NCBI RefSeq assembly: GCF_000143415.4
Contig: NW_003314272.1
Span: 1,744,374-1,808,373, forward strand
DNA from: Selaginella moellendorffii
Taxonomy: Eukaryota > Plantae > Lycopodiophyta
Direction: 5' to 3'
Length of the DNA: 64,000 nt
In this document: piece by piece, positions 46,833 to 61,965 of the stretch
Layout of the letters: each line of letters starts with the position of its first letter
How positions within the stretch are numbered: position 1 is the stretch's first letter
Made by a program: the position numbers and the translations under genes
Notes under the pieces: model-generated
What the model was told of the DNA's origin: nothing
Seen by the model: only the letters and a program-made list of their open reading frames with translations
Database searches by the model: none

Positions 46833-49383
46833 CTACGTTCGCTGGTTCTTGGAAGCAAATCTAAGCACCAGGTAGAAGAGAAACCTGTAGAAGACCGCCC
46901 AGACGAGAAGCATGGCCAGGCAATCCCACTTGTTCCTGGGCTTGTTGATGTCTAACCCCTTGAGAACTTCCTGGTTTGGCAGATAACAGGTACCATTGAT
47001 GCTGTTATAGCAAGCAGCGGTCTCGAACTGGTTGTGGAGGAGGCCCTCGTATGGATACTTGATGACGGATATGTAGTGCATCCATATCCAACCCCAGGGG
47101 ATCAAGCTTCGCTTCACAAAGTAGCCGCAGGTGAGGAAGAAGATGGCGGTGAAGGCAATAACAGCGGAGTAGCCGAGGATATAGTTTGGAACCAGGGCAC
47201 TGACGAAGACGACCAGCGAGTTAGTCGAGATGAGGGAGGCGTAGAGGATGAGCCAGAAGTAGTAGAAGCCTCGGAAGCCACCTTTGAGGTCCAAGGCCCA
47301 CCAAGTTATCAGCGTATACGACAGGGCCTGGAATGCAAGGAAAGGCAGATACGTTATAACTCCGGCAATGACGTACGACGAGCAGCGGTACGCGTTGTGT
47401 GCCGTCTCTCTGATGAAGATGAACCTCTCCATGATGAAAGCTGGAACGGCGTCGTTGGACGAGAAGAAGAAGAGGCAGACGGTGAAGATGAAGAAGGACA
47501 TGAGTTTTGTCACGCCTTGCAAGCTGTCGCCGGGGTTGAGGAACATGGTGGCCATCATCACTCCCATCACAGTCAGGACGATCTGCCTCGAAAGAAAGAG
47601 CTCCGGTGTTCTCTTGATGAGCCGAAAGTTACGGCCCATGAGAATGAGAACTTCGTTGGACCAGGAGTTTGAAAACTTGCGGCCGGGTATGTCCAGCAGA
47701 GTGCTCCTGTTGGTGTCCGTATCGAAGTCTTCTTCATGGTAGAGCTTCCGATCTGGAGTCGGAGTAGTAGGAATGATCTCGGGGACGGATCGTTTACCAG
47801 GAACAGTAGCAGCTGTATACGCTGGACCAGGCCGTGGAGTTCTAGCGAACCGGCTTGTTTCAAAAGATGGCCACATAGGAGTCCGCCCGGGTCCCGGTCC
47901 CGGTTTCGATGGAGTCCGGAGGCCAATATGCTTTGGAGTAAAAGCAGTTTCTATCATGCCTTTGTAGAAGGAAGCAGCAGTTCCGACACCAATCCAGGGA
48001 CTCGCGGCCACAGTCGACGTGAACGACTGCTTCACCAGCGAGTGGTCGAAGTCGTCCTCGTCTTCTTCAAAGTACTGGGACGGAGTCATAGGTACCTCAG
48101 GAGCTTCTGGGTCGTGCCTGTGGATAGCAGGGGTGCTACAAATGCTACTGTTGATCTGGAACGGGCTCTTGATCGGCTTCCAGGTGCCATGCTGCTGCTG
48201 TGGAGTCACCCCGGTGCTGGCAAGGTGGATTTTTGGAGTGAGGCCGTTGTCGAGAACGTCCGGCCGGATCCCTGTGAGATAGTACTCTACCAGCGGGTCC
48301 ACTCCAGTGGTAGCATGGTCGAACTCTTGGATTATATCCAGCAGGTACTCGATCGGGTTCTCGCCTTTGGGAACCTGCCTCCCCAGGCCTCCGACGTGTC
48401 CGTTCAGCCCCTGAGGCGTTCCTTGGTATATCAGCTTTCCCCTGGTGCGCCAAGCCTTGCAATTAACGCAAAGAAAAGTGAAGTACTTTAGTACCTGGCA
48501 AGAATTATAAGATGGTGGAGAAGGTGCTGGATCCTGGAAGAAGGCTGGTGGATCGTAAGGACAACGCTGCTTCCAGCTTTGGCGATGTCGTGGACCCTCT
48601 CGATGACGCTGTAAGCGCTGGTGGAGTCCAAGCCGGAGGTTGGCTCGTCGAGGAAGAGCAGGTTTGGTCCGTGGACGATGTCGACTCCGATAGAAACCCG
48701 TCTCCTCTCGCCACCGGAAACGCCGCGGTGAGCCTCGTCTCCGATGAAAGTGTTGCGAGCACTCTGGGAGATAAAACGGTTCAGCTCTGAGAGGAAGAAC
48801 AAGACGACGAAGGACAACTTCCACTCACTGTGAGACCAAGCTGGACGATAAGTTTCTCCACTCGATCGTCCTTCTCCTCTTTGGACATGGACTCCGGGAG
48901 CCTCATATCGGCCGCGAAGCGAAGAGTCTCCCAGACGGTGAGCATCGGGAAGAGCTGGTCGTCTTGCATCACGTAGGCGGACCAGCGCTTGATGAGTGAC
49001 GGGCTCACTCGTTTCCCGTCGAGCGTTACGATTCCCTGGAGGCTTCCACTCGCAATCCTGCCAGCCAGAGCATCCAGGAACGTCGACTTTCCAGCGCCGC
49101 TCGGCCCCATCACCGCAGTGATATGGCCTTTTGGAGCGTAGCCGGTTATGTGCTGGAGCAAATCGACTTGCCGGGTAATCCTTCCGCCACCTTCTTTGCT
49201 CTTTTGCTTCTTGACCACCGTGTAGGTGATGTCCTCAAACTCGAGGCCGGTCCCTTTCTCGCGGAGCGGGACTTGCTTGAAGTGCCCGATACTGAGCTGG
49301 TTGTCGATGGACATAAGCGAGTGGAGCGTCTGGAGCTCCGATCTCCTTGGTGTCTCTCCTCCTCCTGCCGCCTCGAGATGCAT
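46833..49383 (-). CDS. STR2: Half-size ABCG transporter, STUNTED ARBUSCULE 2 type (start uncertain)
   Basis: [78 protein letters not shown]-terminal RFASKNQRT. Confidence 0.85.
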
Positions 49384-50409
49384 CGTTCCAGCTTCCTGCT
49401 TCAACCTGAGCTCTCCAAAGTTTTCTTGCTTTGATTTGAGATGGCTTGCACTTTGATGAAGGTAGTAGTACTCACCTCATCTCGACTTCGGACCGTTCGT
49501 CCTGCTCGGCCGTATGAAGGAATGCTCCAGGCAAGTTTTATCGCGTGTCAAAGGCTGCCAGAAAGATGACAGTGGAACAGAGTGAGTGGCTGCGACTTTC
49601 CAAAGCACCGAAACGCAGTCCAGCCAGCCATTACAAATTCGTTCAGAGACTCACGGCCAAGCAAGAGGACGAGCCAGAGGCTTGGAGAAATCCGGAAGCA
49701 AAGTGACAAAATTGGACAGGGAGTATGACGATTTACTCCATGATCCAGCACAGAGGTGCAACGGTGGGGACACTCTCATTCTCAGTTCTCATTCCCTCGC
49801 CATTTCCGCCAGGATGAAGAGAGAATGGAAATCTATTCCTTGGAACCAACCGAAGAGAAGATGAAGAGAGAGAACAACACTACGAAACGGCTCGCGGAAA
49901 ATGGCTTTCAACTGTTACGTACTCGTTGGAAAAGTTCTTACTCTATTTCCAGCTCTAGAACTGAAGAAGAAATATGATCTTTAGGGGGCACTTTGGAGCT
50001 GATAGATAGCAGAGAACTTATGGCCCCATGAATCCAAACTCTGAAGTGTCCGAGTGGTGCAAAGTCGATTGTTTTCTACGTTCCTGACAATGTTGTTTCT
50101 TCTGCGTGCTTTGCAGGAATGGAACAAGCTTGTGTGATCGCGACGTCGCAAGCATGGCCACTTGGTTGTTTCCTTGATGGCTGTATCCTGCTGTCAGCCA
50201 CCTTTGTTTCCGGACAGGATTGCTGCGGGACATTTGGTTTTGGTTGTGTTGAACCCGTTGGTGAAAGAGAGAAAATCTTCAGAAGAGTCCATGAAGATCT
50301 CACTGCCAGGAAACAAAGCAAGCTCTGTTGACACGTGATCGAGCTTACAGCAGAACTATATCTTTCACTTTATGGTTCATACCAAGGTAACGAATTGCAG
50401 GACACCATC

Positions 50410-50540
50410 TTGGACTGATCATCCGAATGCTTCGACTGATCATCCCACACGAAGTCATCCTCCGAATGCTTCCACAGATCATCCCACACGAAGCCAGCAT
50501 CGCAATGCTTCGACTGATCATCCCACACGACTTTGTCATG
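50410..50540. repeat. Short imperfect tandem repeat (~33-39 bp, core ATGCTTCGACTGATCATCCCACACGA)
   Basis: 3-4 copies visible; reads VWDDQSKH repeats in minus-strand ORF 50370-50948. Confidence 0.7.
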
Positions 50541-51861
50541 ATCCGACTCCCTCACGACCTCACCATCTACAGGCTTCAACTTGCGCCTCTTGTGCATGGG
50601 GAGCTCCACCTCGTCAAAATGTATGAACCTGACGCGGGGGTTTCGGGTCCGCCTGAACATGCTGCAGATTGCAGGAACCACATTGCTGCACAGATAGAAG
50701 CTGTCGCTGCAAAGCTTCACCACGCTCCCATTTGCGAGCCGCTCCCACCTGTAGAGGTAGAGGTAGTAGCTACACCACAGAAGCAACCCGAAACACACAT
50801 ATGGCCCTGCCACAACATCCAATGCTTGATCCAGAAGATCCAGGTGAGAATCCCGCGAAATGCTTGACACAACCGCGATGATCTCCCCTCTCTTTTGGTT
50901 TGCATCGCCGCTGGGAGCAACGCCACTGCTTGCATGGGCACACAACATCGAAATACCTCTAAAACATCATCCTAACATACCTATACTCTCTGATTTTGGA
51001 GAGGTAGCACTTTAAAAACTCCCTTGGCTCCTTGGAACTGTTTACATATTCTTCCTCTAGACCCATGCTTTTGATTGTCCATTTTCTCGTCCAGCATGAG
51101 CGTTCCTTGTCTATTATCTCGTCGATGCCCACCATCTTTTTCCTGAAACCCTAAATATAAATATGTAGAGTATTATTGGCCTCAGGCGACACGCGGTGAC
51201 ACGTCCGCTGATCCCAGTTGCACGGCGTGTATCTGGCACCAGGTTACTGGAGGCACCGGATGCCGCCACGTGTTTTTTGTACGGCTGTTTTCCTGGCCAA
51301 AATCGCGACAACTGTTCCCATTGCTGGGTCCAACACGTGTCGATTGGATATGAGGCCGGATAGATATTTCGGCACATCACGCTTTCCATGTGGCATTCGA
51401 CGTGGAGCGCCGGAATGTGCGTGGAATATGCTTTGGCGCCTTATCTTCTTGTTGCCGGACAATTCGAAAAACAAGTTTGCGGGGGGGCAAACATACGCGC
51501 TTTTGCCGTTTGAAACTATCCAACGTGCTATCTTCTTTCGCGTTTCTTTACGGGAGGCCGCGAATATGCGCGTGGAATCCTTCCGAGCCGTGCGTCGGAC
51601 GCTGCTCTTCTTTCCACCATCTTTTACGCTTTTTCTAGTTGCTTTCGTGGCCGCGCATCTAGAAAAGGATCGTGTTTGCCAAGCGGCGGTGCGAAAGAGG
51701 GAAAGCATTCTCTCCATTTTTCTCTCTCTCTCTCTCTTCCTCTCGTGATTTCTTCTTCGATCAAGCCTCCAGCCCGCGCGCCACTGCTCCTCGCGCCATC
51801 TCGTAAGAAATTTCTAGCTAGCGCCTCTCTGTGATCGAAAGCTTGGCTTGATTGAGCGGCT

Positions 51862-53953
<2,092 letters not shown>

Positions 53954-55027
53954 GTAGCGGAGGCGCGATCGATTTTTTTGCGTTTCTTCGATCTTCTTTG
54001 GGTGGAGATCTTCTAGATGATGACGATGACGATGTGATTTGTGTGGAGCAAGGTGGCCTGATGCTACTGCTCCAGCTCCAAGCATTTTGGAGCTTTTCTT
54101 GTGGATAAATAAGAAGGAATAGGAAGAATTGTAAAGGTTTAAAGTTCTTCCGGAAGTGTCGGAGTGGGATCACAGGTTCTTCGCTTGCTCGAGAAGCGCG
54201 TGAAGAGGTTTTAGTCCAAGAGCGCGACTCTCACATCTTTGGGAAATGTTTGCTCTGGACCACAACACAAATACTTCTTTTTTGGGTCCTTTGGCGTCGG
54301 AGTTGCGACTTTCGTGTCTTTGGATGACTTTGTTGGTGAGAAGATTAGCGTCGTCTTCGGCGATGAGACGATCTGATTTAACCTCTGAAAGCCGAAAATA
54401 TGAGTTTTGATTCCGTAAGCAGTCTTGTGAAGAGAAAAGAAAAGCTTACGTCCCAGCGGATTTTCCTGTCTTTCCCATCTCTTTCAGGAACGTTTCTCGC
54501 TCGGAAGAAAGAACGATTCTAGAAGAAGATTTACATGTGGTCAAAAGATGTTACCTTTTCACAAGGAGCGATTTTAGGGGCAAGATCTTCCATTTAGGAG
54601 AGATAAATCGTGGGTGACCAAGAGAATAGACTTACCCCATCAAAGCCACTCCATCCAAAGATGGTTTGAAGGCGTTGCGAGTCCATGACATGACACAAAC
54701 AAATACTTATCAAACTTTGAAAACAAGTTGCATACTCGCAGGAGGTACCGCAAGCTATAGAGCTATGGCTAATCGAACTAGTCAAGAAATTGCAGTACTG
54801 ACAGTAGAACAGAACAGAACAAGAGATACCTTAGATCACAGCGCCAGCTAATAGTATATTAAAATTTTAAGAGAATGTTAATTTCTCATTGAGTGGTACT
54901 CAATGAGAAAGCTTAGTTCATAATTTTTACTCTAAAATCCGTTGCTCTGAGAATATCTGGACCGAACTTTTGTCATATGAGAAAGGCAGAGAAAGTCCCT
55001 ATGCATTCTTGAAGAGACACAAACTTT

Positions 55028-57199
55028 CTACTTCAAACAGCAGAAGGCAAACTTCCGCTTCTTGTTCATACTCACCTCCTCGTCTCGTCGGAGGTCCTCC
55101 CCTGGATCAAAAAAGTTAGTTTCGCACACTTCACCGTCAAACTTGCACTGCTCGATGTCATCCACAATCTCGACACCCTTGGGAATCACCATCTCCTTTG
55201 CACATGGAGCGGGAACAGTGTACCGCAGCAACACTTTGCACTGGCGAATACCTGCATCGTTTGTTCCTATAAGTATGAGCAGCTACAAAAGCGTATGCAA
55301 CGAACCTTTCACAGCTTGTTTTGTTACCCTACGGGACTTGTCGCGGTAGCTCTGGAAGCCGAATTCGTCATAGTTCGATTTCGCCAGGAAGAAGCAGAGT
55401 ACAAACTCCTCGGGCTTACTGGTCCCGCCGTAGATATCGTTCCATGCACGAAGAGCACTGATATGTGTTTGAAGAGCTTCTGCCGCTACTGGATGGCATG
55501 CTGCTAAAGTTGGTTGTGCCAGCGTCCTAGGAAGAATAGTGTAGTCCACAGCCCCATTATTCTGGATCACTGGCCTCCACACATAGTGGATAGCATCGGC
55601 ACCTGCCATCATTCGCAATTAGCCAACCAATGGTAACTCCGCTCTGCAGTAACTTACCAGCCTCCAGTAGAGCAGCTTTCAGATCTCCTTCGTAGTATCG
55701 CAACAGCGGTATCAATTCCAAAGGCTGCCAAACATCGCATGAAATCCACTTTTTCGGTTTGAAGGATCTTCACGACATTTACGGTGCTTGTCATCGACAT
55801 ATCAGCAACAAGGATTAGTACATGTAAGAAACGAACAGTAACTCACCATAACCAGCGTAGCTCCACGCAGTACGTAAGCAGTGGAAAGCTCCTGGAAAAC
55901 CAAGCCTTGAAGCACCCCGTCTTCAGGTAACGCAGTCCACATGAAGAGCTCCAGGTCTTTCGGTTTCATGCTCGTAAGAGCCAGAGTGAATTGAGCCTGG
56001 ACTTTTACACTGCAAAAGTCGAGGTAGTAATCTTGGAACGAAGAGCTCTTGGCCGGTTTAAAATGTAGGAGCCGCCAGGATATATCCTCCCCTCGGGATT
56101 TGCCTCGCGTGCTTCCCAAGAGGCGTAGGAGGTTGGTGTTGTTTAACGATTTCTGGACTTTCTTCAAGAATCCTCCTTGGTTCAAACTCGGGGTGTCACC
56201 AGACCAGAGCTTTCTCACGACGCCTCCGAACCATTTGTAGTACTCTGGAGCAGCTTCCACACGCTGGAAGCCGGCCTGCACCTGTTTCTCGAGCGTTTCG
56301 ATGAGCACCTGGAGTTGAAAAGCTAACTCTCTTGCTGGCCGTCCCTGCTCCTTGACATCTTCCCGCAGCATTCTCTGTACGCGTTCGTTCAAAATGGGAA
56401 CTGCCGCTAAATCTGCACAGCTCGTTGAATATTCCACCATGGACTCCCCAAACTGATACGTCACCTTCGCCCACTCCTCAAGCTTGCGCAGGCTAGCCTG
56501 GATAGTTTTCATCTCAGCTTCGACGTTCTGGTAATGAACCCTCCACAACCCCACCAAGGCTGTGTACTCGTCTTCCTCCCACGGGTACATGTACATAACA
56601 GTCTTCTTCCGGTCGGCCTTGGCAGCTTTGACATTTTCCGCTGCTGGCGAAGCCGCAACTAATAGAACACGTCCGAGAGCACCATCTGTGGGGACTTTTT
56701 GATTTATCAGATGCCAGGGGGCATTGATAAATGTGCCCAGAGAGACTTCGTCGCGCTTTGCCACATGGACCGTATTGCCTCTGAACTCCCATATGAAGCC
56801 GGCAGACTCGTAGAGAATGCGCAGCTCGGAATCTCTTAACAATATAGCGGCTCTGATGATGAAGTACCAAAGGAATGCTGACTTGCCCACGCCAGAGTTG
56901 CCGTTTAGATGGCAAATCCAATCGCCATTAGCCTCTGTAGCCCTGGAAGTGATCGCCTCAAATAAAGGGCCGTACGTCCTCCTTACGTACAGGCCGGAAA
57001 GCCTCTTGTCTGCTCCTCGGAGGACCGTCAGCCTTGCATCGAACATCTTGATAACCTTGCCCGCTGCAATGTCCTCGAGCTTCAAACTCCAGACATAATC
57101 CTGCCACCAGGATTGAAGCGATTGCAACACTGTTCAAAGCGAAGCACACGCAAATCAGACAACGAACACATCCCAGCTACACTTACCTTCGGCGCTCAT
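55028..57199 (-). CDS. Crinkler/RHS-like P-loop NTPase with putative restriction-endonuclease-like C-terminus (multi-exon; intactness uncertain)
   Basis: LNGNSGVGKSAFLWYF, LLVAASP, YMYPWEEDE, FGGVVR, GLVFQE, WRPVIQNNGAVD; GT-AG intron 57130-57186 and further introns near 55846, 55657 and 55304. Confidence 0.7.
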
Positions 57200-57315
57200 C
57201 CTGGAAAAATCCAATGAGGGTTGCCGCACCAAAAAGGATTGTCTTCTTGTCCCTTATATCCGCTACGTAGGTTTCAAACCTCTTTTGAGGGTCTTTTTTT
57301 CTCCGTAAGCCTCAA

Positions 57316-58295
57316 GCCAGAGCTCAACTATAACACGCGATTCAGGGATGGGTATCTCCCGCTGGCCCGGATGTATGGAAGGCAAACTCGATCGCGTCTC
57401 CGATAGGCCGGAGATCTTCTAGGTGAAGACGATGACGATATGATTTGTGGAGCAGGGTGGCCTGATGCAACGGTGTGCTACCGCTCCAGCTCCAAGCATT
57501 TTGGAGCTTTTCTTGTGGAGAATTGTAAAGGTTTAAAGTTGGATCCCAGAGTGGGATCACAGGTTCTTCGCTTTCACGCAGGTAATCGTGAAGATGTTTT
57601 AGTCCAAGAGTGCGACTCTCACGTTTTTGGAAAATTTTGCGCTGGTCCTCTTTTTGGTTTTTTTAGCGTCGCCATTGGATGGCTTTCTTGGTGTTGCGAC
57701 TTTCTCTTTGGATGACTTTGTTGGCGAGAAGATTAGCGTCGTCTTCGGCGATGAGACGATCCAGTTGCTTCATCTGATTTAACCTCTGAAAGCCAAAAAT
57801 GCGATTTTGATTTTGTCAGTAGTCTTAAGAAGAGAAGCGAGAAGCTTACGTCTTGTATTTCCCAGCGGATTTGTCCCCGGTATTTCCTGTCACTCCCAAA
57901 CTTTTCCATCTCTTTCAGGAACGTCTCTCGCTCGCCTATTTCTCTAGCAACTGCAGGGAAGCAAGTTTAAGGTCTGTGGAAAAAACGATTCTTGAGGAAG
58001 ATTTACTTGTGTTCATGAGATGTTCTTTCTCCTCTTTGGAACCTTTCACAACCCGAGGAACGGGAGCGATTTTAGGAGCAAGATCTTCCATTTTCTGCAA
58101 CCCATCAGCGAAAGAAAGGATAAATCTTATACGACCGAGAGAATGAACTCACCCCATCAAAGCCACTCCATTCAAAGATGGTTTGAAGGCGTTGCTTCTC
58201 TTTCGAGTCCATGACCGCCCCTAGACAATGATAACATCGAACTTTGGGACGAATACAAACCTTCAAGTTATATACTTGCTGGAGGTACCGGAAGC
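57316..58295 (+). repeat. Diverged duplicate of part of the beta-amylase last exon and its downstream region (53443-53520 + 54003-54755)
   Basis: Collinear similarity, e.g. [17 protein letters not shown] codons and GATTAGCGTCGTCTTCGGCGATGAGACGATC. Confidence 0.85.
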
Positions 58296-58787
58296 CCCGC
58301 ATCCGCGAGATCTTCCTTGATCTTCTCAAGGATAAATGATGCCTTCCTCCGCCCGCCGTCTATCGGGAAAACTGCTAGATTGTCTGTGTCGATTCTTCGC
58401 CTGTAGCGCGGCAACCTTCGGTTTGGAACTGTTGCGGGTCTTTCTGATGAACAAAGAACTCCATCATTTTGCAAGAAACTTAATCGATCGTACCTCCAGC
58501 CATGACGAAGCGCCGAAGAACATCGAGCCGGCTGTCTAGATCCTGCCCGGGTTGCTTGCGGGAAGCGAAGCCGTTGTAGAACCGGAAGAGCGCATCGCCA
58601 GCAGTGGTTCCACGGATTGGACCGTCCCAAAGAATCGCATCGCCACTCCCAAAGCTGATAAAAAGAGAGCTCAATCCAAATCGAGGAGAAACACTTACTT
58701 CATGCTCCCTTCGTGAATCCAAAAGCGAAAAGAAGCCACGCGGCAGCAGCCCGCTGGCACAACCGTCGCTTCAGCTGAAGCGGACAG

Positions 58788-60926
58788 TTAAGCCCTAACG
58801 CCCAGCGCGGTCAGTGCCACCTCGTCGGGCCAGAAGGGCATGTTCTTGGAGAGCTCCTTGGCCCGGCCGCGCTGCCTCGATCGCCCCAGCACGTCGATCA
58901 TGCAGCAGTAGTGTTCCATCGTCGGCTGGAAGCCCCGGGAATCCCCGGCGATGGAGAGGAAACACTTGCGGCTATGATCCAGCAGCCCATCGTGGCTGCA
59001 AGCAGTGAGAACCCCCGTGAACGTCGCGGCGCTGGGACTCCCTCCCTCGAGATCCATCTCGCGGAGGAGCTCCAGCGATCGCATCCTCTTCCCTCTCCCC
59101 GCGAGCGCGTAGCCATGGACGAGGACGTTCCACGCGACCGTGTCACCGCTCTCGGGCAGCCGCGAGAAGAGGACTCTTGCTCGATCGATGCGGCCCCGCC
59201 GCACAAACCCGGCGATGAGCGCCGTCCACGCCACCGCGTCGCGCTCCGGGGCTCTTGCCGCGAGCTCCACAGCGAGGTCGAGCTCGCCACTCTCGGCGCA
59301 CGCCGTGATCATCGACGTCCACACCAGCAGGTCCTTGGATCCCTCCGGCACGCCTAGGAAGAGCTCCCAGGATCGGTGAAGATCACCGTTTCGTGCACAG
59401 GCCTCGATCACTGGCGCCCACGACACCAGCTCCTTGCGGGGCATTCGATCAAAGATGGCGAGCGCCTCGCTGGTGTGGCCGTGGCCAGCGATCTCGTGCG
59501 CTAGCACCGCCCATGCGATCGCATCGTGCTCGGGCATTCCCTGGTCGAATGCCCACAGCGCCTCCTCTGTCCGGCCACTCCGGGCGTAGGCCGCGAGGAG
59601 GATCGTCCACGACACTGCGCTCCACTCCGGGAGGGAATCAAACAAGAGCTTGACGCGATCGAGAGAGGTCTCTGCCGCGAGCAGTGAGTTCCAGGCTACC
59701 AGGTTCCTCTCGGGCATTCTCTCGAGGAGAGATCTCGCCTCTTCAAGCTGCCCGCTCCGGGCATACGCTGCGAGGAGAGATGCCCACGAGACGATGTCGT
59801 GCTCTTCCATAAGATCAAAGATCTGGAGCGCGCGCTCGATGGCAGCAGTGATTCCAAGCGCGGCGATGATCGTGTTGCAAGAAATGCGATCGTGCTCGGC
59901 CATGCTACCAAAGACGAGCTCGGCCCCCGCGATATGCCCGTTCTGGGCATACGCCGCCACGATCGAGTTCCACACCGCTACGTTGAGCTGTGGCGCTCGA
60001 TCGAACACTCTCTTGGCCTCTTCCACATCCCCGGAGCTCGAGAGTCCTGCGATCAGCGAACTGAAGAGATGGATTTTCTTCTCTGGCATTCGCTCGAGCA
60101 AGTTCTTCGCGACGGCGGTCTCCCCGGTTGAGATCAGCGCCTGGATCACCGCGCTCCAGATCGCCGTGCTCGGGCTCTGGATAGATTCGAAGGCTTGGAT
60201 GGATTTGTGGGCGAGGCCGTGCCTGGCGAATCCACGGATCATGGTCGTGACTGTGATCTCGTCGCGGCTTTCCATGCTGTGGAAGAGCCTCTCGGCCTCT
60301 GCGACATCCCCGGCCTCCATGTAAGCGCCCAAGAGCGAGTTCCACGCGACGATGTTCTTGGTAGGCATCTGGGAAAACAACTCTCTGGCCTTGATCAAAT
60401 CCCCACTCCGGGCATAGGCAGCAAGCATCGAATTCCAAGACACAGCATCGCGATGGGGGATTCTCTCGAAGATCTCTCGCGCCTCCTCTGCCAATCCATC
60501 CTTGGCATACGCCGCGACCATCGAGTTCCAGGAAACAAGATCCTTGTGCGGCATTTTCTCGAAGATCTCCCGTGATTTTGCCAGATGCCCGTCCCGGGCG
60601 TAAGCGGCGATCATGGCGTTCCAGGAGACGCGATCGCGCTGGGGCATCGCGGTGAAGATGGCGCTGGCCTCCTCCAGCTCGCCATTGCTCGCGTACGCGC
60701 CCAGCATCATGTTCCAGGAGAAGACATTCTTGCCCGCCTCGCGATCAAACACCTCTCGCGCCTGCGCCAAATCCCCGGCCTTGCCATACATCTGGATGAG
60801 GAGATTCGAGAGGTAGACGCTGGAGTGGGCGCTGGAGAGGACCTTGGAGTGGAGGCGCTTGAGCTGCGCGGCATCGTTGGCATTGCGAATGAGATCCGCC
60901 CAATAAGCGACGGTGGCTCCATCCAT
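58788..60926 (-). CDS. PLS-class pentatricopeptide repeat protein with truncated E domain
   Basis: Many ~31-aa S-type repeats (VSWNSM.AAYA..G....A..IFE.MP); FTGVLTACSH.G; EHYCCMIDVLGRS; MPFWPD. Confidence 0.92.
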   Translation of the reverse strand: MDGATVAYWADLIRNANDAAQLKRLHSKVLSSAHSSVYLSNLLIQMYGKAGDLAQAREVFDREAGKNVFSWNMMLGAYASNGELEEASAIFTAMPQRDRVSWNAMIAAYARDGHLAKSREIFEKMPHKDLVSWNSMVAAYAKDGLAEEAREIFERIPHRDAVSWNSMLAAYARSGDLIKARELFSQMPTKNIVAWNSLLGAYMEAGDVAEAERLFHSMESRDEITVTTMIRGFARHGLAHKSIQAFESIQSPSTAIWSAVIQALISTGETAVAKNLLERMPEKKIHLFSSLIAGLSSSGDVEEAKRVFDRAPQLNVAVWNSIVAAYAQNGHIAGAELVFGSMAEHDRISCNTIIAALGITAAIERALQIFDLMEEHDIVSWASLLAAYARSGQLEEARSLLERMPERNLVAWNSLLAAETSLDRVKLLFDSLPEWSAVSWTILLAAYARSGRTEEALWAFDQGMPEHDAIAWAVLAHEIAGHGHTSEALAIFDRMPRKELVSWAPVIEACARNGDLHRSWELFLGVPEGSKDLLVWTSMITACAESGELDLAVELAARAPERDAVAWTALIAGFVRRGRIDRARVLFSRLPESGDTVAWNVLVHGYALAGRGKRMRSLELLREMDLEGGSPSAATFTGVLTACSHDGLLDHSRKCFLSIAGDSRGFQPTMEHYCCMIDVLGRSRQRGRAKELSKNMPFWPDEVALTALGVRA

Positions 60927-61965
60927 AACATTTAGAATTTTAGGGTTCTTGAAGCTCCATAAATTTTTGAATTTTAGGGCTCTTGCCAGGGCGATCGCGA
61001 TCGAACGCATTCCTTGTTGGATTTTTTTATGGTTTTCGATTCGCAAGGTACTGCCATGCCAGGCTTTTGTTTCCTTCTTTTGAAGCACGCGTTTTAGTTT
61101 AGAACGAAAGCACAGCAAAAAGAGGGGAACGGCTTGCTCGGAGATCGCAATCACATGCTCGCTCGCATCATCATCACAAGTCGCGCAAGAGTGCTTTCAA
61201 AGGTTAGTGCTCAATTTTTTTTTCTCGGTTTCTTTAGATCACGCTGGATTGTTTTCGTTGCCCAATGCATCGCTAGTTTTAGATGAAAGCTTTTAGAACT
61301 TTTCTTTGCTTCATCCTGTCCTCTATAGTGGAGGAAGAATGTCGAGAACTTTGGAGCTAGTTTAGGAAGAAAGCTTTTTAGTTCTTCCTTTCCTCCATGG
61401 TGGAGGAAGATTAGCATCATACTTTTTTGGAGCGCTTTAGTTTTTAGTTTTTGTTCTTCGTTGTGTTCCATAGATGCATGACAACCATAGCTGGCTACTA
61501 ATACCTTTGCGATCACGTAACCTTACAGATGAGACAAGGAGGGAAAACTGGGAACGAACAACGTTCTTTCTCTCTTCATCATGCCTTGTGTGGAGTCCGG
61601 CTGTCTTCTCATCGATGGCGATCAATCAACGACTTCGAGTTTGGCAGCCGATTTAATTGCATCCGGTTGACCTTGATGCCGTGAACTTATCATACTTCTT
61701 CTTCTGCTGCTTCAACTTGGATCATCATCGCCTCCCCTGGAAACACCAAACAAGCTTAAACTTATCCTCTTCTTTACGGCTGCCGCGTTTACAAGGTACG
61801 GGATTCTTCCCCTCTGCGTTTTAAGAACTGATAATCACTCTTTTGCGCAGTCACTTCCCAGCGGGCTCTTAAAAAATGGTTTGTCTAAGGTAAGAACTTT
61901 CCAGTTGTTAGCATCCAGCAGTGTATGCCAAAGTCATTGTATCTGTGAGTGCCAGTCGAGCGTAT

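Noticed and set aside
58330-58720. GC-rich coding-like fragment downstream of the PPR gene
   Set aside because: Short broken frames with no family I can identify with confidence.
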